Assembly: GCF_006345805.1 (NCBI RefSeq)
Contig: NW_021832760.1
Span: 1-32,778, forward strand
Length of the DNA stretch: 32,778 nt
Direction: 5' to 3'
Origin: Octopus sinensis
Lineage: Eukaryota
The translations under genes and the position numbers were made by a program. The notes beneath the pieces were generated by a model. The model was not told the origin of the DNA and did no database searches. It saw only the letters and a list, made by a program, of their open reading frames with translations. Below are positions 1-10,669 of the stretch, piece after piece (within the stretch, counting starts at the first letter, position 1; each line of letters begins with the position of its first letter).

Positions 1-237
1 GATCAAATATTGAGGCCAAATGACGCACAGGGAACAATATCAAATAATGAATTTTACTAATACCTTCCTCGTCATCTATTGAGGTCGCATGTTACAAAAT
101 AAATGGAAAAAATTTTTAACCGACATATAAATTATTTAGATTTGAAGAAGCGTTAGTTTAAATATAATTTATAATTAATTCATTGATAATTAGCATAAAC
201 AGTTTGTTCTCTTATCAAGTATTCTTGTGATAATCAG

Positions 238-1059
238 ATGGCGAGTCTTTACATCAATAAAGAAATTATAGACGATCAAAAAAATTTACTAAAATCCGGT
301 AAAACTTCTTGACTAACACTATAGATGAGCAATCTTCAGAATTTTTTCAATTTCCTTCATTTTTAACAAAGATTTTCTTTAACGAAGAACAAAATCATAA
401 CAGTTATAATTAGACTAATTATTTATCAGTTTCAAATATCATTTATTGGAAAAACAAAACTTATTCGATATGTTTTCTTATTTCTTTCACTGCTATTATT
501 GTTTCATTTTATTATCAAAATTTTTTATATTCCCTATCAAATATAATTTTGGGAATTTTTTTTACTTCTGCTACCCTTAAAGCGTGTAATTTATTTGGTT
601 ATCGTTATCACTATTTGTTATATCAAAATCCATTAAAGTATAGTTTTTATTAAAAATATTTAGAAAATTTATCCATCCTGAAAATTATATTGTTAGTCAA
701 GAACGACTATGTGAAATTATTAATTGCTGTTGCATTTACTGTAAAATTTCAAAAAAACTTTTACTAAGCCTTTTACAATTTGAAGATAAATTTAAGAGTT
801 TTAAGGTAAAATATGGCATTTGAATGATTTAGTGTTTATTTGGTCTTTTACTGATATCTTTTTTCTTTCGTGTTATTTCATTTCCGGTTTTTATGTTTAT
901 AGGTATTAAATCTGTGTTAAACTTTTTAGGAATGGTATTGACAATGACGATTCCATTGATTTTGAAAAAATATTCTGTATTTATATTAAGCTTAATGAAT
1001 CATAGAATCAGATGAACTATTATTGGATTAAGATCAATTCAAGTTTTAATAAGATTTAG
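238..1059 (+). CDS. Reticulon (RTN) family protein, 7 coding exons
   Basis: Manual splicing of six 26-29 nt GT-AG introns (first at 299-324) gives MASLYINK...SNIIYWKNKTYS...QNPLK|KFIHPENYIVSQERL...LLQFEDKFKSFK|CLFGLLLISF...FMFI|GMVLTMTIPLILKKYS|NQMNYYWIKIN. This matches the reticulon domain, with intron positions equivalent to animal RTN genes. An alternative last exon to 1143 is possible if one T is an error. Confidence 0.85.
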
Positions 1060-1680
1060 GTTTTCATTTGCTAAGTTAAAATTTTCAGAGCCAAATCTGT
1101 ACTTTTTTCTCTTAAAGTATTGGATTATATTAAATTGAAATAATCTTTTTAAGAATATATTTAATTATCTTTTTTAATTCATATATTTCATTTAATAAAA
1201 AAGTGGACATTAATACAGGTCTGAAAAACCTCCCAAAAATTAACCAAGAATTTCTTGTTTTTAATTGAAAATAAGAAATGGTGAAAATTTTTCATTACTC
1301 ATTAACGTTTATTAGAATACCGCCCATAAGAGTTTAAATTGAGGACAGGAGGACTCATCACATCGAAGTGCTCAAATTGAAGTTTACTTGATACAGTGTG
1401 AAGAGTCGAATTTTTTATACGCTTGATCCTACCAAAATATTCACAAAGAACTCCCGGTACGGGTGACTAAAGTGTATACAGGACATATTCAGGCGACTAA
1501 TGCCCTATTATACTATTTCAGGTCACAAATGACTAGTCGGTTGAGTTTTATTAATTCTCCATGCGCTCAATTTAAAGGATGTCGCAAATAATGTTGAACC
1601 AAGTCATATTGGGAATGATTTTTACTGACAGATGTCACCAAATCAAAACAATGAAGAACTGGTTTTGTTCTCGGGAAGAT

Positions 1681-3245
1681 ACGTGACCTTGAAATGTGCA
1701 ATTATGACATTGATGGGATTAAATTATAAATCTTTTAATTAGACCGCGACTCATTCTTATCATTTAATAATTTACTAAATTAGCTAAGACTCTCTCATTT
1801 TGACAAAAAATTATATTTGTAGGAATTTAATTATCAGAATTAATTTTTTTTGGTGGAAAACCTAAATTTCTTGAGTTATTTCTAGCGTGCAAGTATATTT
1901 TGCAGCAATGTCCTCGTACAAAGGTTATGTAAAGAATAGTTTGGAATATCAAATTTTAAAAGATGCATTACAGGATAAATTTTACAGGATAAAGATGCTT
2001 TACAGGATTAACATCTTACAAAGCAAAAAAATATAGACTAGTTAAGAAAATTGAAAATTTTACTATAATTAATGAAAGGTATCATACAATTGTAAATGTA
2101 TAGATTGTATCTTAAATGTGCGAATTCAGATCACAAGCTAGTGATTTGTCTAGACAATGAACCCGAAATGGAGATCGTTGCTAAAAGTTTGCATGACTTC
2201 TCGCATGGAGGAGTTAACAAAATTGAATATGAATGTCGAAAACGATATTTCACAGTTAAAATGAGATTATTCGAAAAGTCATTCGAAACTGTGAAATTTG
2301 TAATTTGCGCGACCCTTAAAAGTTTTAACTTTTTAAATCCTAGATTGGAGATATAAATAACCATGTCTTTGCATCTTGCCCAATGAAAGATTTCAGATAG
2401 ATCTTATTTTTTTTTATATTTACAAAGATGTACTATTTGATAATAACTACAAGTTAATTAATAAAAGCTTCATGGCGGGAAGCCGACGCGATCGAGAAAG
2501 AGTTAGAGCGTACTATCGCAAGGGATATCCGCTCGAAAACCATCTCGATTCGCGGGCGTCGACTGTGATAGCAGACATGCGGGACCCGATCTCCTGAACG
2601 AAGCTAATTGCCTTACAGTCCAAGGAACCGGAAGTCTCAACCGCGAATGGAAGGAATTGGAACTTCTCCGTAAGTGAAAACTACTTCCGCATCTTTTTGG
2701 ATTCCGCGGTTTGTGACAATAGATCCAGGAGCGGAGGCGGACATCAGCAGGTTCTGAGGCGAGAAAGAGTCCACACACAATTGAAAATTCATGTAATTTG
2801 AATTTCTATATGTAGATGATTGTAATTATTCGTTTACAAGTCCGAAAAGATTTCAGTTCGAAATCAACCCCATTGATCCTAATTCTAATTATTACAAAGC
2901 GATGAACAGAAAAATGAATGTTCACAATAGTAAGTATGAATTTAGTGTTGGTGATAAAGTATGCATAAAAATTAATGTTTAGGTTCGAGTTAAAAAAGAC
3001 TTTGGAACAAATCCTTTGTTGCGACTGGATAAGTTTGAATCTCCATATTATCCATCTGCAGAAATTATCAGTATTTTATCAAACAATCGCGTTGAGGTAG
3101 TTTAAACATTTAAATTTAATAGATAAAAATTCGATGAGCAAAATTTCGATTGTGCCATGTCCAGACTTAAAAAATAATTAACAAGTTATTATTTTTTGAA
3201 GTTTAATATTATTACAATATTGACATTTAAGCTTCAAGGTCACGT
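1681..3245 (+). mobile_element. Ginger2-like (KRBA2/SCAND3-type integrase) DNA transposon, core deleted, intron-containing
   Basis: Perfect 13-bp inverted repeat ACGTGACCTTGAA (1681-1693 / 3233-3245); right end may extend to ...ACA at 3288. Transposase from ATG 1908 to TAA 3177 with HHCC finger (LHDFSHGGVNK...IRNCEIC), core start PNERFQIDLI and C-terminal FSVGDK|VRVKKDF. The DDE core is replaced by a CRE-like insertion. Confidence 0.75.
2407..2780 (-). mobile_element. CRE-clade non-LTR retrotransposon 3' fragment (restriction-like endonuclease end)
   Basis: Frameshifted translation CVDSFSPQNL...AESKKMRK...FLPFAVETSGSL...ERISLAIVRSNSFSI; minus-strand poly(A) at 2407-2415. Nested in the Ginger2-like element. 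Confidence 0.8.
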
Positions 3246-3288
3246 CAGGTATCACGCGGTCCATAGGCATCACGCAAACCATGTCACA

Positions 3289-3506
3289 TAATGCTTCCGC
3301 TGATATGAGGATACGTTGTCAACAATAACTCCTAACGTTACACACTATGCTATAATAAAAAATTACCTCAATGTTCACATTAAAATTGTTTTTGGTTATT
3401 ACTATTATGTTTTAAGTGAAATTATAATAATTGAATTGGAGGGGTTCCGCAAAAAATAAATTATCCCAAAAGGGTTCCGCGAGCACCTTAAGGTTGGGAA
3501 CCACTG
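3289..3506 (+). mobile_element. hAT/Buster element 3' end
   Basis: Degenerate hAT C-terminus (ADMR..LSTITP...QCSH*), subterminal GGGTTCCGC repeats, TIR GGTTGGGAACCACTG ending at 3506, followed by TACTAGAT (nnnTAnnn Buster target). Confidence 0.75.
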
Positions 3507-3657
3507 TACTAGATGAGTTTGTTTTGTATTTAGTGTCAAATTAATGACACAATGTCGAATGAATGTTTTCTCATATAATTGAGACTATACTCTGGGACAT
3601 TTCTTATAGTTTGGTAACTTTTTTTACTTTTAAATAAAAACGAATTTAATTCTGCTC

Positions 3658-3774
3658 CTCTTTTCCCTTGCGATAGTGCGCTCTAACTCTTTCTCGATCG
3701 CGTCGGCTTCCCGCCTTGAAGCTTTTAATTAATTAACTTGTAGTTATTGGTTGGTTTGTCAAAAAAAAAAAATA
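3658..3774 (+). mobile_element. 5'-truncated CRE-like retrocopy with poly(A) and target-site duplication
   Basis: 3664-3748 is a near-identical reverse complement of 2442-2525; A-run at 3761-3772; flanked by the 10-bp direct repeat AATTCTGCTC (3648-3657, 3775-3784). Confidence 0.85.
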
Positions 3775-3976
3775 AATTCTGCTCATGAAAAAATATATCC
3801 CTGTCTTGATCAAGAATGGAAAAAGTTTCAGACTGAAAAAATAATTTCAGTTAATCAGCCAGTAATTAGAATTATTCACATAATCCTTATTTATATATTT
3901 ATATAGCATAGAGTTAGGGCTTTTTAAGAAAGTTTGAAAAAATATCGTTTATAGTTGTAACAATGCTTATAATATA

Positions 3977-4209
3977 GGATTTTCCACACTTTTTCGCTAC
4001 TTTGCAAGCAATTTCGCCACTTTTTCACACAGTTCCGTGTAAAGTAGATTATCGGCTTTTCGTTTCAAGCAACTATGCCACTTTTTCGAGCAATTTCGTG
4101 CATAAGAAGATTATCGGTTTATTGTTTCAATCAAATTCGCTACTTTTCCAAGCAATTCCGTCACTTTTTCAAGCAATTTCGCCATTTTTTGTGAAAGTGT
4201 GGAAAACCC
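3977..4209. mobile_element. MITE with internal ~21-bp tandem repeats
   Basis: TIRs GGATTTTCCACACTTT / AAAGTGTGGAAAACCC (1 mismatch); internal repeats like CACTTTTTCAAGCAATTTCGC; ATAATAT on both flanks. Confidence 0.7.
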
Positions 4210-5020
4210 AATAATATTCACCAACCGTGAACAAATGAGTTATTTTTATAATTTCGGCCTGGATCATTTTTGAACACGCGCAATATAGACTTTCTCATAG
4301 TGTTTGAATTTTTCTTTTCTTTGACAGCCAACGATCCATTAAATTTTACAATCCAATTATTTTTTAATTTTTGATTAAAAATTCGGGACTAACTGAATCA
4401 AATTCATACTTTGTAATCATAACATTAGTCATGAGTTTGAACAGTGCAGACACACGTGTTATAAAGCGTTGATCATTTGGAGATATGATTCTACTTTAAA
4501 ATAAACTTCCTGGAATGCTCTCTTATAAATTTATTAAAGATATATTGTACTAGCGTATCGAAATATTATTGGAAAATACTTCTTTTTTAATTTTGTCCCC
4601 AGTATTTACATTGATATTATTATAAATGTTTCATATCAACAACTATCTCAGTTTGAATATTTCACATTGTCCTATACGTTAAAAACTATTTCCGAAATGG
4701 TAATGATATTCATTATATCTCTAGGCTCCGTTTAAAAATCTTATTATTTCGAGATTTCATTCCGATGAAAGCAGATTACGGTAAAACAATATTCAATATT
4801 TTGCCACAACTCCAATATTGTTTTTTCATATGGAATGATGTAGGTTTGAATTTTTAGACTGTTTTTATGTAGTTTGAGATAATTTTCGATAAAAAACTTT
4901 TACAGGAGTTTGATTAAAAAAGAAATTCGAGAAATTAACCCACTTTTTTTGAATTTTTTAATTTAATGTGTTCAAAAATGACTCCTTAAAAAGTCGTTGT
5001 ATATGATTATGACTCTAGTC

Positions 5021-6400
5021 CAGAGCTTTTCAAAAAATAATTCTCGCGGCACACTAATCTTAAACAAATAATACACGGCACACATTAAAAATAAAAAAAT
5101 AAATTTTAAGATATGTAAAACTAAGTACAAAAATTGGTAATTTAATACCCAAATTTTTATTAATAATGAAAATGAAATCTTAATTATTATTGCTGTTGCA
5201 TATTCATCAATATCAGGTCGAATAGTTGACAAAGCCACCCGCATTTCAGCATCAATGTTACTCAAACTTTCGCGTTTGTTATATTTCATATTATGCAGCT
5301 TAGAAAAACCTGCTTCGCATAAATTGGTCGTTGAAAACTGTGAAATTATGGTCAGTGCTTGTTTTGATAAACTGGGATAAATGTTTCGAATATATATCCA
5401 GAATTCTCCAATGTCTAACTCCGTCATCTTTAATCTTAAGGATCGATCATTAATAGCGAAATAAGTTCTTCATTTTCTTAATAGACAAGTTTTTTGATTC
5501 AGGGACAAGAAAGGATTTCGTATCTTAAATATATTAAAAACAATAATAACCCAATCGAATTTTTCAATTTCTAAGTCTTGAAAATAAGCATCCATTTTGT
5601 TTTCCAAAATTATTAAATGTTTATTAATTAGTCCCTGTATCGAATCATCATTATATCCTTAGACGGGGCTCCATCTGTACATATACCAAATCAATTAACA
5701 AATGAAATATTATTGATATTAAAATAATCGTTTAATATCGTGAACATATCAATTGCTCGAGTAGTAGTTAAAAGAGGCTTGCAAAACAAGAATTGTTCTG
5801 TAATTTTCCCAGAATAAACAAATCGTATATATGCGAACAAATGTGCCATTCCCGAAATATCCGTGGTTTCGTTAAGTTGTAATGAAATCGAGTTTCTTTA
5901 ATAAAAATGAGACACTTTTTTCAATATTCTCCGACAAAGCATAAATCCGACGAGAAACAGTGTTATCTGACAAAGGTATCTTCATTATTTTTTGTTCATA
6001 TTTATGACCAAACATAGTTCGAGCAATAATACGACAAGCAGCAGGTTAATTTTGTGAGGTTTTAGTTGTTTTGCTATCAATTCTGAGATCAGGTATGAAC
6101 ATTTTAATGATTCCTTTGTGTTTACAAAAGTTTCATTGAACATCATTTGACTAGATTTACGATACATAGTAAAAACTAAATAATACTTGTATTGTTTTTC
6201 AAATGGATAAAATAATCCACAGATTTTTCGGAATAGTGCGGATGCTTGGAAGTAAAATGTCTCTTTAGTTTGCTAGGAACCATAGCATCATTTGCCAAGA
6301 CTTCCATACAAATTAAACATTGAGGTAGTTTATTTTCTATCATTGCATATAAATCCAAATGACAAATAAGAATTTTTATAAGAACGACGAACTGATTTAC
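5021..6400 (-). mobile_element. Degraded hAT/Buster (ZBED8/SCAND3-like) transposase
   Basis: BED finger PQCLICMEVLANDAMVPSKLKRHF; SYLISELIAKQLKPH; C-terminal FWIYI...FSTTNLCEAGFS...AEMRVALSTIRP; terminus CAGAGCTTTTCAAA at 5021 preceded by CTCTAGTC. Confidence 0.85.
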
Positions 6401-6479
6401 CCATAAGCATGTTGATACGCACGTTAGTAAAAAGTTAATAGATATTTTTATTTTTAATTAAAAATTGTTTAATGGCTAA

Positions 6480-6930
6480 CCAGAAAACATAAAAATCTCA
6501 TAATTCTTGAATATAATGTAAAAAAATCAATCCGGTAAGTTTCCGAATGTGTTCATATTTCAAAGAGTACAGTATGAAACATTATCAATAAATGGAAATT
6601 ACTAAAAAAACTATCAAAAATAAGCCAAGATCAAGACAACCGACAAAATATCATCTCGATAAATTTCATAATTAGACGAAAAGTGCTTAATAATCCGAGA
6701 TTGTCTTGTAACCAACTTTATATTTACTTGAGTAAGATCACCAGTATGCTAACAGACTGTCACCAATGCCCTAAGAATAGAAAAGGTTCTATAAATGTCG
6801 TCTACGTAAAGTTCCACTGCTTACTAAGAAACATGTCCATGCACTGTTAAAATATGCGAAAAAAATTTATTTTAAAAGAACTTTCTAAATAATATTATTT
6901 GGACAGATGCGACAAAAATAGAAAATTGTA
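6480..6930 (+). mobile_element. Tc1-family transposase N-terminal remnant
   Basis: Frameshifted translation NKPRSRQPTK...RRKVLNNPRLS...TVTNALR...RKVPLLTKKHV..LLKYAK...NIIWTDATKIE (degenerate WTDETKIE). Confidence 0.8.
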
Positions 6931-6949
6931 GATATCTTTGGTAGTTTTT

Positions 6950-7205
6950 AGAATGTAGATATATCGCAAATCTCATTAATCTTTGCAGTTATTCTAAAAT
7001 TAACAATAAATTCTATTGGATATTTTAAATGAAATTATTAATTTAAAGATTTTTGTAACCGTTGATTCCTTCTTAAACTATGAGCTGACGAATTATCAAA
7101 GTCGAAATCTGCGGTATAAATGGCTAATCTATTCCAAAATGTTTTTTATTACATTGGATCATCAATCATCCTCCAAGCAGACAATAGAAAAGAATCCTGT
7201 AATTG
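6950..7205 (+). mobile_element. Ginger2/KRBA2-type integrase core remnant
   Basis: RYIANLINLCSYSKINNKFYW|IFVTVDSF...KSKSAV*MANLFQNVFYYIGSSIILQADNRKE, degenerate versions of the DLID and LQSDNGKEF motifs, with an intron-like AT-rich spacer after FYW. Confidence 0.65.
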
Positions 7206-7335
7206 ACGGAGAGTTGTATCCGCATTAATAATAATTGATAAAGCAAAAACAGATAGAAACATAAATATGAAAATACTAGGAGATAACAAAATAATATGTT
7301 CTACTTACAAACTAGTTTTTGGGGTAGATAATTAC

Positions 7336-7392
7336 GGGCTTTTCTAGTACTTAGCTGGGTGACCGCCTGGAAACAGAGAGTGTCGTATTCTT
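7336..7392 (+). rRNA. 5S rRNA 3'-half fragment (pseudogene)
   Basis: GGGCTTTTCTAGTACTTAGCTGGGTGACCGCCTGGAAACAGAGAGTGTCGTATTCTT resembles the eukaryotic 5S 3' half (AGTACTTGGATGGGAGACCGCCTGGGAA...). The 5' half is absent. Confidence 0.7.
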
Positions 7393-8032
7393 ATTGTGTC
7401 CCCGTGGTGAACGTTTAGTTTGTCTTTTTTAATATAAATAAATTTTATTTTTAATTAAAAATTGTTTAATTAGATGAATTTTTAATAAAAGCATCGTTAA
7501 CTCTCGCACGTGTTATTTTTATTTAGTTGTACTTGTTTTTATTCTACTTTGTATTATTTTTTTTGTTTAATTGGATTCAGAAGGAATATTTCGTGATGCA
7601 GTTTCTTTTAATGATTAAGTTATCTGAAATTTCATCATTTTTGAGATATTTTTTGATTTTATTCCTTTAATCTGCTTCCTTCACTTTTTTGAGATTTATC
7701 GATTTTATTTTTTAATCCTCTTTTTTAAATCTTTTTTGAAATTTAATTGATTGATTATTTTATAGAGTGATATTGTATATAATAAAGTATTATATATGCA
7801 TTTATAATATGGGAAAATCATCCCGTAAATCGGTCAGTCCGTGCTGTTTGTTTAATCGCATTGTGAGCTAATCCAATAGCCTCACTCTGGGTTGTAAGTA
7901 TTTCGGAGTAATTGGAATTCATTATAAAAGAAAATACTGGATGTTTATCCAAATTAATACCATGCTTTATCCGGACCCAATTTTTGCAACTTATCTTGTA
8001 TAGGTGTAGAAATCTATTTCAAACGTATAGAT

Positions 8033-9004
8033 CAGCGGTTCTCAACCTTTTTTAGACTGGGGACCACTTTTGCACTATAAAATTTTGTGGGGACCACCTT
8101 AAATAAAATAAACATTTTTTGGTATTAGCGCACAATTTTTGGCCTCGTCAGGGCCAGGTTTAGACATGTTCGAATATTTATTATAAAAATAACATGAACA
8201 TTATGAAAATAACAGAAAATTTAATAGTAATTTAGTGAGATTTCTGATCTTGTTTGCTCAGAATAATTTTACTTATATCAGGCTCTATGTTCGACAAAGC
8301 TACTCGCATATCATCTTGTACCCGTAGTCTATTTCTATATTTTGTTTTTAGAAAAGTCAGACACGACATCGCCATTTCACAGTGATAAGTAGTGGGGAAT
8401 GCAAGTATTGATTCCAATGCAGTTTTACTCAAAATGGGGAATTCTTTCGCCATGACACCTACAATAAAAAGTAATTATTAATGAGAATACCAAATCTAAT
8501 GATGAAGTACATTTGAAAATAATCTGAGCAGACTGATTACATTGAAGTTCAATCAAGCTCTGCTGAAAATTGAGTTCCTGATATTCTTTAAATGAGGTCA
8601 AGAAAGGTTGAACGATCCAGTTTGGAATTGGGTCTTCAACAGGAAAATAATCATCAAATTTTGTCTTGAGATTTTTCAGATGTTTGATTATCAGACTTAG
8701 AAGAACATTATCCCGGGGTTGTGTCCGAGATGATATTCAAGCATTGGGAACATTGATGTTATTCCTTTTTTTATTTTCATTATCCACAATAATAACTTTT
8801 TTTTAAAGCCATTATTATTTGATTGACCTCGACAATTGATATATAAAGACCTTTAAATAAATTAATAAAAATTTTACCCTGCATTGACAAATTAAACTTA
8901 TTTAAATGTTAAAAATCGGCAAGATAACTTTAATATATTTTTATTTTTCGAAAATTCCTGGGGACCACTAAAAATTTTCTGGGGACCACGGTTGAGAACC
9001 GCTG
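8033..9004 (-). mobile_element. Internally deleted hAT/Buster element with intact ends
   Basis: Perfect 15-bp TIRs CAGCGGTTCTCAACC; 8-bp TSD GTATAGAT (8025-8032, 9005-9012); four GGGGACCAC subterminal motifs; transposase 3' part (NLSMQG|...KLLLW...MFP; FPTTYHCEMAMS...DDMRVALS). Confidence 0.95.
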
Positions 9005-9189
9005 GTATAGATTCTTCCATTGTAAACAAGTACAAGAATTACGGTCAAAAAATATAACAAGAAATCAAATATATCGATAATTAACACCAGAAGCACAACA
9101 GAAAAAAAAAACAACGTGCATAACACGTGCTAATTTTCTTCAAAAGACTTCCTTCGAGAATAAACTGTTAGTTTCTTCACTTAACTTTT

Positions 9190-9355
9190 AAATAAGACAA
9201 CGAAAATCGTTAAGTCCCAACGGCAAAGACGCAGTGTGCGTTGCCCCGAACAATGGCCAGGCCGATGCGCTGGCGGAACCAGAGGCCCTCTCTCGTGTCC
9301 TTGAGCCTCCTCCCGATGGACTGCCCGACCTCGTTGAGGAACGAGTCAGTCTCCT
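9190..9355 (-). mobile_element. CRE-clade non-LTR 3' fragment
   Basis: DSFLNEVGQSIGRRLKDTREGLWFRQRIGLAIVRGNAHCVFAVGT*, the typical QRIS.AI.RGNA C-terminus. Confidence 0.8.
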
Positions 9356-9359
9356 TTTT

Positions 9360-10225
9360 CGCTCCAAAGATTGATTTCTGTATTATTCAAAGAATCAATC
9401 TCTCCCAATAATTGATTAATTTCAGGCTTTGAATAATGCACATAAATTGTTTCGCTAGCAGAGGGTCCAAACATTTTCGAAAAGGAGTGTTTTTCGTAGT
9501 TGAATGTACCATATTATTGTATGCACTCGTTATTTCTTGCAGAATTCCGCACCAATTATAGTTATTCCCTGTAGATATGCCGGTAGATGAAAGCATATTT
9601 TTGAGGGTTTGATTCAGCCGTTCAACTTGGCCTTGAACCCAGGGACATCTTGCTCTTCCGCGTACGTGTTTTATATTAAATACATTGCACATTTCTATTG
9701 CAGTGGAGTTAACAAACTCTTTTCCATTATCCGTGTGCAAAATTAAGGGTTTCCCAAAAATAAGAATAACATCCTTGATTGAATTTAGTATAATGACGAA
9801 GATCAATAAGGTCAAAAATGTATCTCTCTCTTACTGAAAATGCCCGGATTGGCTGTATCACGGGTCTTGTATTCATTAAATTTTTGGCCTTGCATATCGG
9901 GCAAGAGTGCAAAACCCTCATAACTTCACATCTGTTAACTCCATAAACAATTTCTTTTAATAGAACCATTAGTCTATCACGCCCGGGATGACCATTTGAT
10001 TCGTATACTTCATAGATGAATTGGATTTTTTCATTCATCTCAGATGAAGAAAAAACACGCAATAACACTCCAGGTGCAGCACGATAGTATAATATCTCCG
10101 AAAATTTCTTTTCGATTGAGAACAAGAATCGAGATATGTTCCATTCCTCAAATATTCGATAATTTGTTGAACTCGCTCATGAGTAAGGTCACAATGTCGC
10201 ATCGCATGTCATAATTTGATATGTA
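9360..10225 (-). mobile_element. Ginger2/KRBA2-type integrase element, internally deleted
   Basis: GHPGRDRL...CPICK zinc finger; RERYIFDLIDLRHY; KPLILHTDNGKEF; HVRGRARCPWVQGQVERLNQTLK; YNNMVHSTTKNTPF. The 5' flank shares GTGACCTT and AATTATGACAT motifs with the 1681 element. Confidence 0.85.
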
Positions 10226-10353
10226 AAAATAAAATTTTTGAAAAATAACGAGAAATTTCTTGTTCCAAAAATAAAAAACATTCATGTTCGCAGAAAAACC
10301 AATGATTGCGTTATTGGTAATCTGGGAAATTTTGGTGTTATTATCTGTATCTG

Positions 10354-10669
10354 ATATTTTAATACTAAAAATTCATTACCGCTTTCGTCGGGAGCATTCG
10401 CAGAAAAAGTCACTCGTGTATCTGCCGCAAAAACAACTCCCCCCAAATATAGAATTGTTACTACTGTTGTAAAACTTATAGTATTCTAAAACAAAATTAT
10501 AAAATTCTAAGCCACCATTTGAAACATTTTTATCAACTGACATGTGGAATGTTCATATTTTAATACTAAAAATTCATTACCGCTTTCGTCGAGAGCATTT
10601 GCAGAAAAAGTCACTCGTGTATCTGACGCGAAAACAACTCCCCCCAAATATGGAATTGTTACACTATTG
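10354..10669. repeat. ~115-bp direct duplication (10354-10470 and 10555-10669) of the proteasome-beta-like exon plus part of its intron
   Basis: Near-identical blocks ATATTTTAATACTAAAAATTCATTACCGCTTTCGTCG...CCCCAAATAT, spaced 201 bp apart. Confidence 0.9.

Larger units (their letters stand above)
7800..10527 (-). pseudogene. Divergent proteasome beta-subunit-like (Ntn hydrolase) gene broken by three transposon insertions
   Basis: MFQM|NTISF-TTVVTILYLGGVVFAADTRVT...|DTDNNTKISQITNNAIIGFSAN (10527-10285); LVYNGRIYTFEID read through the hAT target duplication (9040-8010); VAKIGSG...NYSEILTTQSEAIGLAHNAIKQTARTDRFTG (7990-7820). Contains stops and 24-30 nt introns. Confidence 0.7.

Noticed and set aside
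1341-1365. Hammerhead-like GTGATGAGTCC on the minus strand
   Set aside because: No closing GGAC-GAAA or stem III.
2442-3748. ~85-bp inverted repeat as transposon TIRs
   Set aside because: Explained by two oppositely oriented CRE 3' ends, each with its own poly(A); one has a TSD.
4002-4214. 70-aa ORF with FQAIS repeats
   Set aside because: Translation of the MITE minisatellite.
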